Positions 16,856 through 25,587 are shown, counted from the stretch's first letter. The stretch: 32,000 nt of DNA from an archaeon (GCA_035387745.1 DAOOON010000001.1:43622-75621), one strand, 5' to 3'. Made by a program: numbers and translations. The notes: generated by a model not told the origin, from the letters alone.

Positions 16856-18529
16856 ATGGCAACAATAGAATTAAATTTTTCTGATGTAAAAAACGAATTT
16901 AATAAAGACATTTCTATTGATGAGTTTGAAGAAGTATTATTCAATTATGGTTTTGAAATTGACAGTTATAATAAAGTCACAGATGAATTAAGAATAGAAG
17001 TAACTGCAGAAAGAGCAGACGTTCTTTCTAAAGAAGGATTATTAAGAGTTTTAAAAGTCTTTGGCGGCCATGGCAAACCTTTAAACTATTCTGCAAAAAA
17101 GCCAACACACATTTTAAATATTGATAATTCTGTCAAATTAGTCAGGCCATATAGCGTTTGTGCAATTATTAAAAATCTCAAGTTAACAGATGATAGATTA
17201 AAACAAATTATTGCAGTTCAAGAAAAGCTTCACTTTACGGTTTTTAGAAAAAGGACTCTTGGGGCTATCGGAGTCTATCCATTAGATAAAATAAAATTTC
17301 CAATAACTTTCTGTGCAAAAACTCCAAAAGATATTAGATTTACGCCTCTTGGTGAAAATAAGGAAATGTCTGGAGAAGAAATTTTAAAAGATACAGAAAC
17401 TGGTAAAGAATATGCTCACCTGTTATTAGAGAAGGATAAATATCCTATTTTTATAGATAATTCTGGCCAGATTCTATCAATGCCGCCGATAATCAATTCA
17501 GATGTCACCGGGAAAGTCACAGAGAATACAAAAGAAATTTTTATAGAGTGTTCTGGTTTTGATTTAGTAAGATTAAATCAAGTTTTAAATATAATGTGTT
17601 GCATGTTTAGCGACTTTGGTGGAGAGCTTCACGCAATGGAGATTAATTTAGGAAATTCCTATGCCGAAAAGCAGATTATTACTCCAAATCTAAATGAAGA
17701 AAAAAGATTAGTGACATTAGCAAATGTTAATTCTTTAATAGGTCTAAATCTAGATATTGATAAGGCTAGTGTTCTTCTAGAAAAGATGTGTTACAAGACA
17801 AAGAAGTATGGTAAAGACAAAATAGAAGTCTCAATTCCACCATACAGAACAGACATCTTACACGAAGTTGATATTATCGATGACATTGCAAGAGCATACG
17901 GCTTTAATAATATTCCATTAAAGATGCCAAAAGTATTTACCGTTGGCGAAAGATTAAAGGATTCAATAAAACAAGACAACATAATACAGATACTAGTGCA
18001 ATGTGGTTTAATAGAAGTAAGCCCATTGTCTCTTTCAAGCAAAAAAGAGTCTTTTGAAAACTTTAATATTTCTTTTACAAAAGACAAGGCAATTGAACTT
18101 GGTTATTCAAAAGATAAGTCTTTAGATATAGTTAGCCCTTGGCTTTTACCAAAGCTATTAAAACTTTTAACAAACAACCAGCACATGAGCTATCCTCAAA
18201 AGATTTTTAGCTGTGAAAAAGTTGTTATTCCTGATAAACAAAAAGACGTTAAATCAAAAACCATTCTTCATTCTGCGATTGCCATAGCAAATTCCAAGGT
18301 TAGTTTTACAGAAAGCGCAAGCATTCTTGTAACTTTATGTAATACTCTTGGTTATAGTTTAGAATTACAAAAAAAAGACTATCCTTTCTATATTTCTGGG
18401 AGATCAGCAACAATAATAATAAACAATAAAGAAGTAGGGCACATTGGTGAAATTAATCCAGAAGTATTAAAGCGCTTTGATTATAATATTCCTGTTGTGG
18501 CATTTGAAATAGATGTTAATGATTTATAG
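16856..18529 (+). CDS. pheT: Phenylalanyl-tRNA synthetase beta subunit
   Basis: Start chosen at MATIELNFSD, 2 nt after the pheS stop; the ORF-track start at 16814 lies inside pheS. Motifs such as PPYRTDILHEVDIIDDIARAYGFNNI are typical of archaeal PheT. Confidence 0.92.
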   Translation: MATIELNFSDVKNEFNKDISIDEFEEVLFNYGFEIDSYNKVTDELRIEVTAERADVLSKEGLLRVLKVFGGHGKPLNYSAKKPTHILNIDNSVKLVRPYSVCAIIKNLKLTDDRLKQIIAVQEKLHFTVFRKRTLGAIGVYPLDKIKFPITFCAKTPKDIRFTPLGENKEMSGEEILKDTETGKEYAHLLLEKDKYPIFIDNSGQILSMPPIINSDVTGKVTENTKEIFIECSGFDLVRLNQVLNIMCCMFSDFGGELHAMEINLGNSYAEKQIITPNLNEEKRLVTLANVNSLIGLNLDIDKASVLLEKMCYKTKKYGKDKIEVSIPPYRTDILHEVDIIDDIARAYGFNNIPLKMPKVFTVGERLKDSIKQDNIIQILVQCGLIEVSPLSLSSKKESFENFNISFTKDKAIELGYSKDKSLDIVSPWLLPKLLKLLTNNQHMSYPQKIFSCEKVVIPDKQKDVKSKTILHSAIAIANSKVSFTESASILVTLCNTLGYSLELQKKDYPFYISGRSATIIINNKEVGHIGEINPEVLKRFDYNIPVVAFEIDVNDL

Positions 18530-19238
18530 AAGAGATAATCTTTAACATTTCCTTTTCTGCAGCCGCAAATACTTTTTCTAAATTTTTAATATGTTTATTT
18601 TTTAAGTCTTTATTCGGATTAAGTAGTTTTTTTAGATTAATTGGTTTCTTATAAAACAAGACTGCCAAAAGATCTAAATAGGATTTTTCTTTTTTCATAT
18701 ATTTTTTATGAATTATTCTTTTTTGTATTTCTTTTAAAAACAGGTAATATCCCATTAGTTTGATTTTTGTAACATAGGCTTTTTTGGATTTTATATTCTT
18801 GTAATATCTATTAAGCGTTTCTTCTATAATTCCGTCAGGATAAAGCACAGGAGAAACTCTTATATTTTTAAATTTACAATCATAGTAAAACTCAAGCATT
18901 AAGTGGTCTTCTGGGTTATCTGCAGTAATTCCGTTTTTATTAAAATAATTATGAAAGTGTTTGTCTAAGACATTGTGGCTAATAAAACCAATAGCAAATG
19001 ATTTTTCGGCTTTAGTTCTTGCTATAGCATACATTCTTTTTCCAAAGGTTGTGCCTTTCTTATTTCTAATTTCATAAAAGAATTCAGGATTAAGTTTTGT
19101 TTGTATTTTATAAAAACCGTAATAATCCGGAAACAAAGAACCAGAGACAAGATATCTCAAATCTAGTTTTTTAAAAAAAGCAGGTCTTTTTTTTTCTAGT
19201 ATTTCAACAAACCCAAGATGTGTAAGAACCGTTGGCAT
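18516..19238 (-). CDS. Zinc-dependent phospholipase C-like family protein (tentative)
   Basis: The N-terminus MPTVLTHLGF, plus GSLFPD and GFISHNVLDKHFH, resemble the His/Asp metal ligands of that family. This was recognised by eye only. Confidence 0.45.
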   Translation of the reverse strand: MPTVLTHLGFVEILEKKRPAFFKKLDLRYLVSGSLFPDYYGFYKIQTKLNPEFFYEIRNKKGTTFGKRMYAIARTKAEKSFAIGFISHNVLDKHFHNYFNKNGITADNPEDHLMLEFYYDCKFKNIRVSPVLYPDGIIEETLNRYYKNIKSKKAYVTKIKLMGYYLFLKEIQKRIIHKKYMKKEKSYLDLLAVLFYKKPINLKKLLNPNKDLKNKHIKNLEKVFAAAEKEMLKIISSINH

Positions 19239-19266
19239 TAATTAAAACCATTTAGAAAGAAATGAA

Positions 19267-19674
19267 TTATTTCTTTCTTGATATTTTAATCATTGATCCG
19301 GCTTTTAGGTATTCGATTTCATTACCTGCAACAAGATCAGTAAACTCGTCTTTATCAACTTCATAAGTTTGATAGCTTGCCATATCCATTACTTGATATT
19401 TGTTTCCTAGGTCTGCAATTACTTGTGCGTTTCCTTTGTCAAGTATAGGAATTTGAACATCTTCTGAACTTGGCTTTAATAGATTCATCTTCTGTCCAGT
19501 AAAAACCGCAGTTGCTGTCATTCTTATCTTTGCAGCCCCGTGTTTTCCTGGCTTTGATTTAGTAATTGTGTCTACTTTACAAATTACGTCATCAATTAAG
19601 ATGAACTGTTTTTCTTTAACTTGTCCAAGTTCCATAAATTTAATTTCATAATCTCTTGCCATTGATTTCACCAT
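19267..19674 (-). CDS. eif5a: Translation initiation factor 5A (aIF5A)
   Basis: The hypusination loop SKPGKHGAAKIRM is present. The protein is 135 aa. Confidence 0.92.
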   Translation of the reverse strand: MVKSMARDYEIKFMELGQVKEKQFILIDDVICKVDTITKSKPGKHGAAKIRMTATAVFTGQKMNLLKPSSEDVQIPILDKGNAQVIADLGNKYQVMDMASYQTYEVDKDEFTDLVAGNEIEYLKAGSMIKISRKK

Positions 19675-19790
19675 TTTTCTATTTTAAAAAAAGCGTTTTT
19701 GTATTAAAAACTATATAATTAGGTATAAATATATTTTAAATATGTTTTGTTTAACAAATACTATATTATATCTATATAATTTACAAGAAG

Positions 19791-20258
19791 ATGATCATAA
19801 TGTTAAAGATATTCAAAAAAATATTTAAAAAAGTACCAAAAGAAAATACAAGAAATAATATTGCTGTTTTTGTTGACGGCCCAAATATGTTAAGAAAAGA
19901 GTTTAATATAGATTTGTCAAAAATTAAATCTCAATTACAAAAAGACGGGTCTTTAAAGATTGCAAGAGTTTATCTTGATCAGTACGCTACAGATAAATTA
20001 ATTGAGGCTGTAGTTAATCTGGGTTTTGAAAGTGTAATAACTGTTGGAGATGTAGATGTTGCAATGTCTGTGGATGCTACAGAGGCCGCATTTAGTCAAG
20101 AGATTGATTCAATTGTTTTTATTACAAGAGACTCTGACTATCTGCCTGCAATTTTAAAAGCAAAAAGACAAGGCAAGAAAACAATAGTCTATCTTGTCGA
20201 AGAAGGCTCTGCAGTTGCATTAAAAAATACCGTTGATCGGGTTGTTTTCATAAAGTAG
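19791..20258 (+). CDS. NYN/LabA-like (PIN-fold) domain protein, putative RNase
   Basis: Acidic motifs IAVFVDGPNM, GDVDVAMSVDA and FITRDSDYLPA are typical of archaeal NYN domain proteins. Confidence 0.75.
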   Translation: MIIMLKIFKKIFKKVPKENTRNNIAVFVDGPNMLRKEFNIDLSKIKSQLQKDGSLKIARVYLDQYATDKLIEAVVNLGFESVITVGDVDVAMSVDATEAAFSQEIDSIVFITRDSDYLPAILKAKRQGKKTIVYLVEEGSAVALKNTVDRVVFIK

Positions 20259-20266
20259 GTTAAAAA

Positions 20267-20767
20267 ATGAATTTGCCAGTAACAAACCCAATTGTAAAGA
20301 ATGTTCCACTAGATAAGATTATTTCTGAAAAATTATTCTTAGATTTATTGGATAAAAAATTTACTGGTTATGTTTATTTAATAATTGAAGGTAAATATTG
20401 TTTTGAAGAGGCGATATTAATTTTAAATGCTGGCAAAATAGAAGGGGCCATATATATAATCGAAGGATTTGATATAGAATTGCTTGGCAAAGATGCAATT
20501 AACTACTGTTTAAATTGTTATGGTGCAACAAACGGGAGATTAAATATTTTTGCATTAACTACCGATCAAATAAAATTAATTTTGTTATTTAATGATAAAA
20601 TAAAATATACTTTGCCTATCACAAAAAATAAAGATATTCCTAGTTTGAGAAATGTAAAATATAATGATGCACTAATGTATGGTCTATTAAAAGAGAAAAT
20701 TGTAAGGAACAAAACATCAAAAGACATATTAAATGATTTTAATTTAGAGGATCTATTAAAAGAATAA
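20267..20767 (+). CDS. Hypothetical protein with a PATAN/DUF4388-like pattern
   Basis: The stretch FLDLLDKKFTGYVYLIIEGKYCFEEAILILNAGKIEGAIY...LGKDAINYCL...NGRLNIFAL resembles the tG-L-l...G-i-f-G-iv-A...G-eAl...G-f-f pattern. This was recognised by eye only. Confidence 0.45.
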   Translation: MNLPVTNPIVKNVPLDKIISEKLFLDLLDKKFTGYVYLIIEGKYCFEEAILILNAGKIEGAIYIIEGFDIELLGKDAINYCLNCYGATNGRLNIFALTTDQIKLILLFNDKIKYTLPITKNKDIPSLRNVKYNDALMYGLLKEKIVRNKTSKDILNDFNLEDLLKE

Positions 20768-20769
20768 AA

Positions 20770-21216
20770 GTGAAAATTATGAGTTCAATAACTAAACTAT
20801 TTGCCAAGTTTTCTACAAAAATATTAAATTTAGAAGATAAGCAAGGCGAAAATCCCATAGCAACACTATTAGTATACAAACCAATATTTATCCATTCTTC
20901 AGATTTGACTGATTTTTTACAGAAATTAAGATTAAAGCACCTGATTAATGACATAATAATTACAGATTTGGATGGTATAGTCATAGGCAGTACCAACAAA
21001 GATATTAAAGAGGGGTTTAAAAGTGCAGCGCTATATAATTATATTAATTCAGAAATAAAAGACCTCTCAATTATTTTAATAGAGGCAAATGGTTGGCAGA
21101 TAATTTTTAAAAATAATGAAAAGGTTTATTTTATAAAAGCAAATGATGGATTATCCAGAATTGAAGTTTTAACAATAGTTAAAGAAATAGAGAATTTTAT
21201 AAAATGTATTGTATAA
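20770..21216 (+). CDS. Roadblock/LC7 (MglB-like) domain protein, tentative
   Basis: The stretch INDIIITDLDGIVIGSTNKDIKEGFKSAALYNYI...LSIILIEANGWQIIFKNNEKVYFIKAN resembles the Roadblock fold pattern. The start is a GTG at 20770 or an ATG at 20779. Confidence 0.5.
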   Translation: MKIMSSITKLFAKFSTKILNLEDKQGENPIATLLVYKPIFIHSSDLTDFLQKLRLKHLINDIIITDLDGIVIGSTNKDIKEGFKSAALYNYINSEIKDLSIILIEANGWQIIFKNNEKVYFIKANDGLSRIEVLTIVKEIENFIKCIV

Positions 21217-21257
21217 AATTATATTGTATTTTTTAATATATTAAGAGAGTGAAAAAA

Positions 21258-22058
21258 ATGGGAGAAATTTTTGCAATTGTTTCTGGCAAAGGTGGCGTTG
21301 GTAAAACCACCTTAACTGGAAATTTAGGTATTGCATTATCAGAGCTAGGCTATTCTGTATTGTTAATTGATGCAGATCTGGCAATGGCCAATTTAAGTTT
21401 ATTAATGGGGCTTAAAACTCCACCAATAACAATACATGATGTATTATTAGGTTCTGCGCCTGCCACCGATGCAATTTATGATGGCCCGAAAGGCACAAAA
21501 ATATTGCCGGCAGGTCTATCCCTTTCTTTTTATACAAGAGTAGATATTGAAAGATTAGTTGCAGTAACAAACGATTTAAAATCAAAGTTTGATTTTATAT
21601 TAATTGATTCTCCAGCAGGAATTGAAAAAAATGTAATTGCCGCAATGTCTGCATCTTCGCAAATACTTTTAATCACCGAGCCAACGGCTCCATCTGTTGC
21701 AGATGCATTCAAAGCAAAGATTGTTGCTCAAAGACTTAATCAAAGAGTTTTTGGAGTAATAATTAATAAGCACAGTAATACTAAAGGCGAAATTTCCGAA
21801 AATGAAATCATGAAAATGTTGGAATTACCATCATATGGTAAAATTCCATATTCAGATGATATAAGAGAGTCTTTCTTGTTAAAAAAGATAAAGCCACTTC
21901 TCATACACAATCCAAATTGTTCAGCCGCAAATTCATTTAGAGCGATCGCAAGAAAAATAACAGGAAAAGAAACAGAAGTTATAAACACCGAAAAAAAAAA
22001 AGGTTTATTTTCTGGATTTTTCGAAGCTTTAGGAAAAATGTTTAAAAAGAAAAAATAA
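21258..22058 (+). CDS. minD: MinD/ParA-family ATPase with a C-terminal amphipathic membrane-targeting helix
   Basis: A deviant Walker A (SGKGGVGKTT) is present, with LLIDADL and a Walker B ILIDSPAG. The C-terminus is GLFSGFFEALGKMFKKKK. The ATG at 21258 is preferred because the GTG at 21249 lies inside the SD-like AGAGAGTGA. Confidence 0.88.
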   Translation: MGEIFAIVSGKGGVGKTTLTGNLGIALSELGYSVLLIDADLAMANLSLLMGLKTPPITIHDVLLGSAPATDAIYDGPKGTKILPAGLSLSFYTRVDIERLVAVTNDLKSKFDFILIDSPAGIEKNVIAAMSASSQILLITEPTAPSVADAFKAKIVAQRLNQRVFGVIINKHSNTKGEISENEIMKMLELPSYGKIPYSDDIRESFLLKKIKPLLIHNPNCSAANSFRAIARKITGKETEVINTEKKKGLFSGFFEALGKMFKKKK

Positions 22059-22110
22059 AAAAGAAAAAAGGAAAAAAGAAGATTGTTTTAATATATAAAG
22101 GAGAAAAAAA

Positions 22111-22341
22111 ATGAATGAAATAAAGATATCGCGCCCATTTGACATGCTAAACAATTCCTTAAATAAACAGGTTTTAATAACCTTAAAAGGAAACGTAACG
22201 ATCAGAGGGAAATTAAAAGCATTTGATGTGCATCTAAACGTTGTGTTAGAAGATGCAGAAGAAATAGAGAATGGAAAACCAAAAGCAAAATACATTGAAG
22301 TTTTCTTAAGAGGAGATAATGTTATATTAGTAACAGTATAA
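22111..22341 (+). CDS. Archaeal Sm-like protein (SmAP/LSm)
   Basis: Sm1 reads VLITLKGNVTIRGKLKAFDVHLNVVLEDAEE and Sm2 reads VFLRGDNVILV. The protein is 76 aa. An AAGGAG motif lies upstream. Confidence 0.9.
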   Translation: MNEIKISRPFDMLNNSLNKQVLITLKGNVTIRGKLKAFDVHLNVVLEDAEEIENGKPKAKYIEVFLRGDNVILVTV

Positions 22342-22389
22342 TTCTCTTCTAAATTCCTTTTTTCTTTTTAATCATTAAATGTAAAAACT

Positions 22390-23427
22390 ATGAGCAATAT
22401 AATTTTAGCATTATATTTTGGCAGCAAGTTGGCCGAAAATATTGCGTCTGATTCTGCTATTTCTAATATTTTTAATTATAATACTCTTATTATTTTGTTA
22501 GTGGTTGTTTTTGTCGTATTAATTATATCGATTTTTGTTTTTTTAATTATTCCCAGAATAAATAAAACTCCAAAAAAATATTATCAAAGATATTTATTAG
22601 TGAGGAAAGAGTTAGAAAAAATAGATGAACTATATGCAAAGCGAAGACTTTCTTTTGAAAACTACGTATATACTCAATTCCATTATGCTAAAGAATATGA
22701 ACACTTGATAGTATATCTTTCTCAATATCCAGAATATAGAGTTAAATTAAAGACATATAAATTAAATATCACAAAAACAAAAGAATCTATAGATTTAAGC
22801 ATTTTATCAGAGAAGGAGAGACGAAATTTAGACACTACGAACTATTTTATAACCTTTTTATTACCTGTTGCAGAATATTATAGGAAAGACGAAATATATC
22901 AAGCAATATTAGACGAGGGCTATTCTAAAGAAATTTCCGATGGTGTCGTAAAGGGATTAGAGAAACACGGCATTAATTTTAATAGTAAAGAAATGTCAGA
23001 AAATCGCAAAGCCGTGGATCTGGTCGATAGTTTACTTGATAAAAAATGGCGTTCTGAAAAAACAGGGGTTAAGGAAAAAATCACAACACCAGATAAATAT
23101 TATTCTTCAGACAGTAAAAAAATAGAGTCGACAGACAATGTAAAAGAAGTGTCTGAGGTTTCCCAGAGTAATATTTTTTCAAGTAACGTGGATAGTAAAG
23201 GCTCTTTAAATACAGACACAACTATAAATTTAAGTGATTTAATTAAAGAAAAATCAGATAAATTAAAATTGCCTAACTTTTTGCGCGATCAAGCGCTAGG
23301 CAAGGACCCAAAAGATGAAAAAGACACACCTCTATCTATAAATAAAATATTAAAATCAAAAAATAATTCTCATTCTGTTTCCGAAATTAATGATATTTTT
23401 AAAAATATAGATAAAAAACTAAAATAA
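22390..23427 (+). CDS. Hypothetical membrane-anchored protein with a low-complexity C-terminal half
   Basis: One TM segment is present (LIILLVVVFVVLIISIFVFLII). The tail is Ser/Lys/Asp-rich. No family recognised. Confidence 0.55.
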   Translation: MSNIILALYFGSKLAENIASDSAISNIFNYNTLIILLVVVFVVLIISIFVFLIIPRINKTPKKYYQRYLLVRKELEKIDELYAKRRLSFENYVYTQFHYAKEYEHLIVYLSQYPEYRVKLKTYKLNITKTKESIDLSILSEKERRNLDTTNYFITFLLPVAEYYRKDEIYQAILDEGYSKEISDGVVKGLEKHGINFNSKEMSENRKAVDLVDSLLDKKWRSEKTGVKEKITTPDKYYSSDSKKIESTDNVKEVSEVSQSNIFSSNVDSKGSLNTDTTINLSDLIKEKSDKLKLPNFLRDQALGKDPKDEKDTPLSINKILKSKNNSHSVSEINDIFKNIDKKLK

Positions 23428-23431
23428 TTAA

Positions 23432-23581
23432 TTATTTTGATTTTAGTAATAGTATCAAACCTATTATTATTAATATTAATCCAAGATACAAATTAAAACT
23501 TGAAAGAAATCCAGGAAGTGACGGGATATATAACCCGATTCCAATTCCTATTAATATTCCGCCTACAAGACTTTGACTCAT
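23432..23581 (-). CDS. Small two-TM membrane peptide (49 aa); absent from the ORF track
   Basis: The reverse strand translates as MSQSLVGGILIGIGIGLYIPSLPGFLSSFNLYLGLILIIIGLILLLKSK*. It fills most of an otherwise empty 235-nt gap. Confidence 0.45.
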   Translation of the reverse strand: MSQSLVGGILIGIGIGLYIPSLPGFLSSFNLYLGLILIIIGLILLLKSK

Positions 23582-23662
23582 ATTATCACCAACTAATTAT
23601 TATAAATACAATAAATATATATTAGTTTGTTTTTAAATATATATACTATAATGTGATAAATT

Positions 23663-24355
23663 ATGAAAACAAAAATGTGCTTTGGGCTTTTAGATGTGTT
23701 AGTAAAAGGAAAATTAGATAAAAAACCAGATACTTCGTTTATGAGTGAGCTAGTAGATTATTCAAAAGAAAACAAAAAAGAACTTTTTTTAATTACTGGT
23801 CTTGATGCAGATAAAGGCGAAAGTATAATTATACAAAACGGCATAGACTCATATTTCTCAAAAGAAAATATTTTTCATGTTTCTGAAAAATATTATGATG
23901 CTTTGTCAGAAATAGATAAGGAATTAAAAGAACAAGCAAAGCAAAACGATTCGAGTTATTGTGATGAATATTATAAAGTATATTTTTTTAATAATGTTTA
24001 CAAACACAAAAAAGAAGAGACTTTATATATCGGGCACGATATTTGGACAGACGCCTATTATTTATCAAAATATGCAGCAATAGATACAATCTTGTTAAAA
24101 GACACTTTGACTAATAATTCTGCACCCAATATAATGGAAATTAAAGAAGTACAGGTTGTTGATTCTTGTTTTCCAATAATAAAAAGTTATCTAGAAGAAG
24201 AAAAGCAATTTAATTATGAACCGCTTCATAAATATGCAAACAAATTACTGTATAAAGAAATGGTTGGGGGCAGTTTATTTAATACTAAACAAAAAGTAGG
24301 TAGTTTTTGGAATAGAAAAAAAGATAAGAAATTATTTGATAGAGGGGAAAATTAA
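23663..24355 (+). CDS. HAD-fold-like protein with degenerate catalytic motifs
   Basis: FGLLDVLV stands where HAD motif I (FDxDGTLV) is expected. LFLITG matches motif II, and GIDSYFSKENIF follows. YIGHDIWTDAYYLSKYAAIDTILL replaces GDxxxD. The stop overlaps the enolase start (TAATG). Confidence 0.5.
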   Translation: MKTKMCFGLLDVLVKGKLDKKPDTSFMSELVDYSKENKKELFLITGLDADKGESIIIQNGIDSYFSKENIFHVSEKYYDALSEIDKELKEQAKQNDSSYCDEYYKVYFFNNVYKHKKEETLYIGHDIWTDAYYLSKYAAIDTILLKDTLTNNSAPNIMEIKEVQVVDSCFPIIKSYLEEEKQFNYEPLHKYANKLLYKEMVGGSLFNTKQKVGSFWNRKKDKKLFDRGEN

Positions 24356-25587
24356 TGAATATTAAAAAAATAAAGGCAATAAGAATAATCGATTCCAGAG
24401 GTGTGCCAACAATTAGATCTTTTGTGTTTACGGATAACGCAATAGGGGCGGCAAGTGTTCCGTCTGGAACCAGTAGTGGTAAAAGAGAAGCCTTAGAGTT
24501 AAGAGATGGCGGGAAGGCTTTTGGTGGAAAAGATGTAACTAAGGCGATCAATAATGTCAATACAAAAATTTCAAAGAAACTTATTGGAGAATTTATTCTT
24601 GACCAAAAAAGAATAGATAAAATAATGTTAGAATTAGACAACACAGAAAGCAAATCAAGTTTGGGGGCCAATGCCGTTTTGTCAGTAAGTCTTGCTTGTG
24701 CAAGAGCAGCTTCTCAAGAGCTTAATATTCCTTTATATAAATATATTTCAAAATTAAATAATAAAAAAGAAAAAAACAAAACACCAATTCCGTTTTTAAA
24801 CATAATAAATGGGGGAAGACACGCAGGAACGGATTTGGCATTTCAAGAGTTTCAGATAGTTCCTCATAACAAAAGTTTCTCAGAGAATATGAGGGCATCT
24901 TGCGAAACCTATCAAACGCTAAAAGAAATAATTAAGAAAAAATATGGGAGAAGTTCTACAAATGTTGGCCTTGAAGGTGGGTTTGCACCAAACATAAAAG
25001 ACACAAAAGACGCCTTAAACCTTTTAGAAGATACTATTACAAAATCAGGATATAAAAAAGAAATAACAATTGGTCTTGATGTTGCTGCTAGTGAAATTTA
25101 TAATAATAAAAAATATCTGGTAAATGACAAAAAATATTCTTCAGAAGAGATGAGTGATTATTATTCTTCTCTTTTAAAATCTTATAATATAACTTCGATA
25201 GAAGATCCATTTTCTGAAGACGATAAAGATTCCTGGCCAGCCTTTACAAAAAAGTTTGGGAATAAGATCTCCGTAATTGGCGACGATCTTTTAGTTACAA
25301 ATCCAAAATTGATAAAAGAAGCAATAAAAAAGAAGCAATGTAATTCTCTTCTTTTAAAGGTAAATCAAATTGGAACATTAACAGAAAGCATTGAGGCCTT
25401 TAATTTAGCAAAAAAAGCAAACTGGAAAGTTGTTGTTTCACACCGGTCTGGAGAAACAGAAGATTCTTTTATTTCTGACCTGTCATATGGTTTAGGTTCA
25501 GACTTTATTAAGTTTGGGGCCCCAGTAAGGGGAGAAAGAACTGCAAAATATAACAGATTATTAGAAATTGAAGAAGGGGTTATATAA
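24355..25587 (+). CDS. eno: Enolase (phosphopyruvate hydratase)
   Basis: Motifs IDSRGVPTI, SGKREALELRDG, LKVNQIGTLTE and SHRSGETED are present. Confidence 0.95.
   Translation: MNIKKIKAIRIIDSRGVPTIRSFVFTDNAIGAASVPSGTSSGKREALELRDGGKAFGGKDVTKAINNVNTKISKKLIGEFILDQKRIDKIMLELDNTESKSSLGANAVLSVSLACARAASQELNIPLYKYISKLNNKKEKNKTPIPFLNIINGGRHAGTDLAFQEFQIVPHNKSFSENMRASCETYQTLKEIIKKKYGRSSTNVGLEGGFAPNIKDTKDALNLLEDTITKSGYKKEITIGLDVAASEIYNNKKYLVNDKKYSSEEMSDYYSSLLKSYNITSIEDPFSEDDKDSWPAFTKKFGNKISVIGDDLLVTNPKLIKEAIKKKQCNSLLLKVNQIGTLTESIEAFNLAKKANWKVVVSHRSGETEDSFISDLSYGLGSDFIKFGAPVRGERTAKYNRLLEIEEGVI

Noticed and set aside
22029-22295. Minus-strand 88-aa ORF covering the Sm gene and the minD 3' end.
   Set aside because: The plus strand encodes an unmistakable Sm1/Sm2 protein, and this antisense frame is a Phe/Ser-rich shadow.
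24285-24671. Minus-strand 128-aa ORF spanning the HAD-like/enolase junction.
   Set aside because: It is antisense to the conserved enolase N-terminus (IDSRGVPTI...SGKREALELRDG) and is therefore a shadow ORF.
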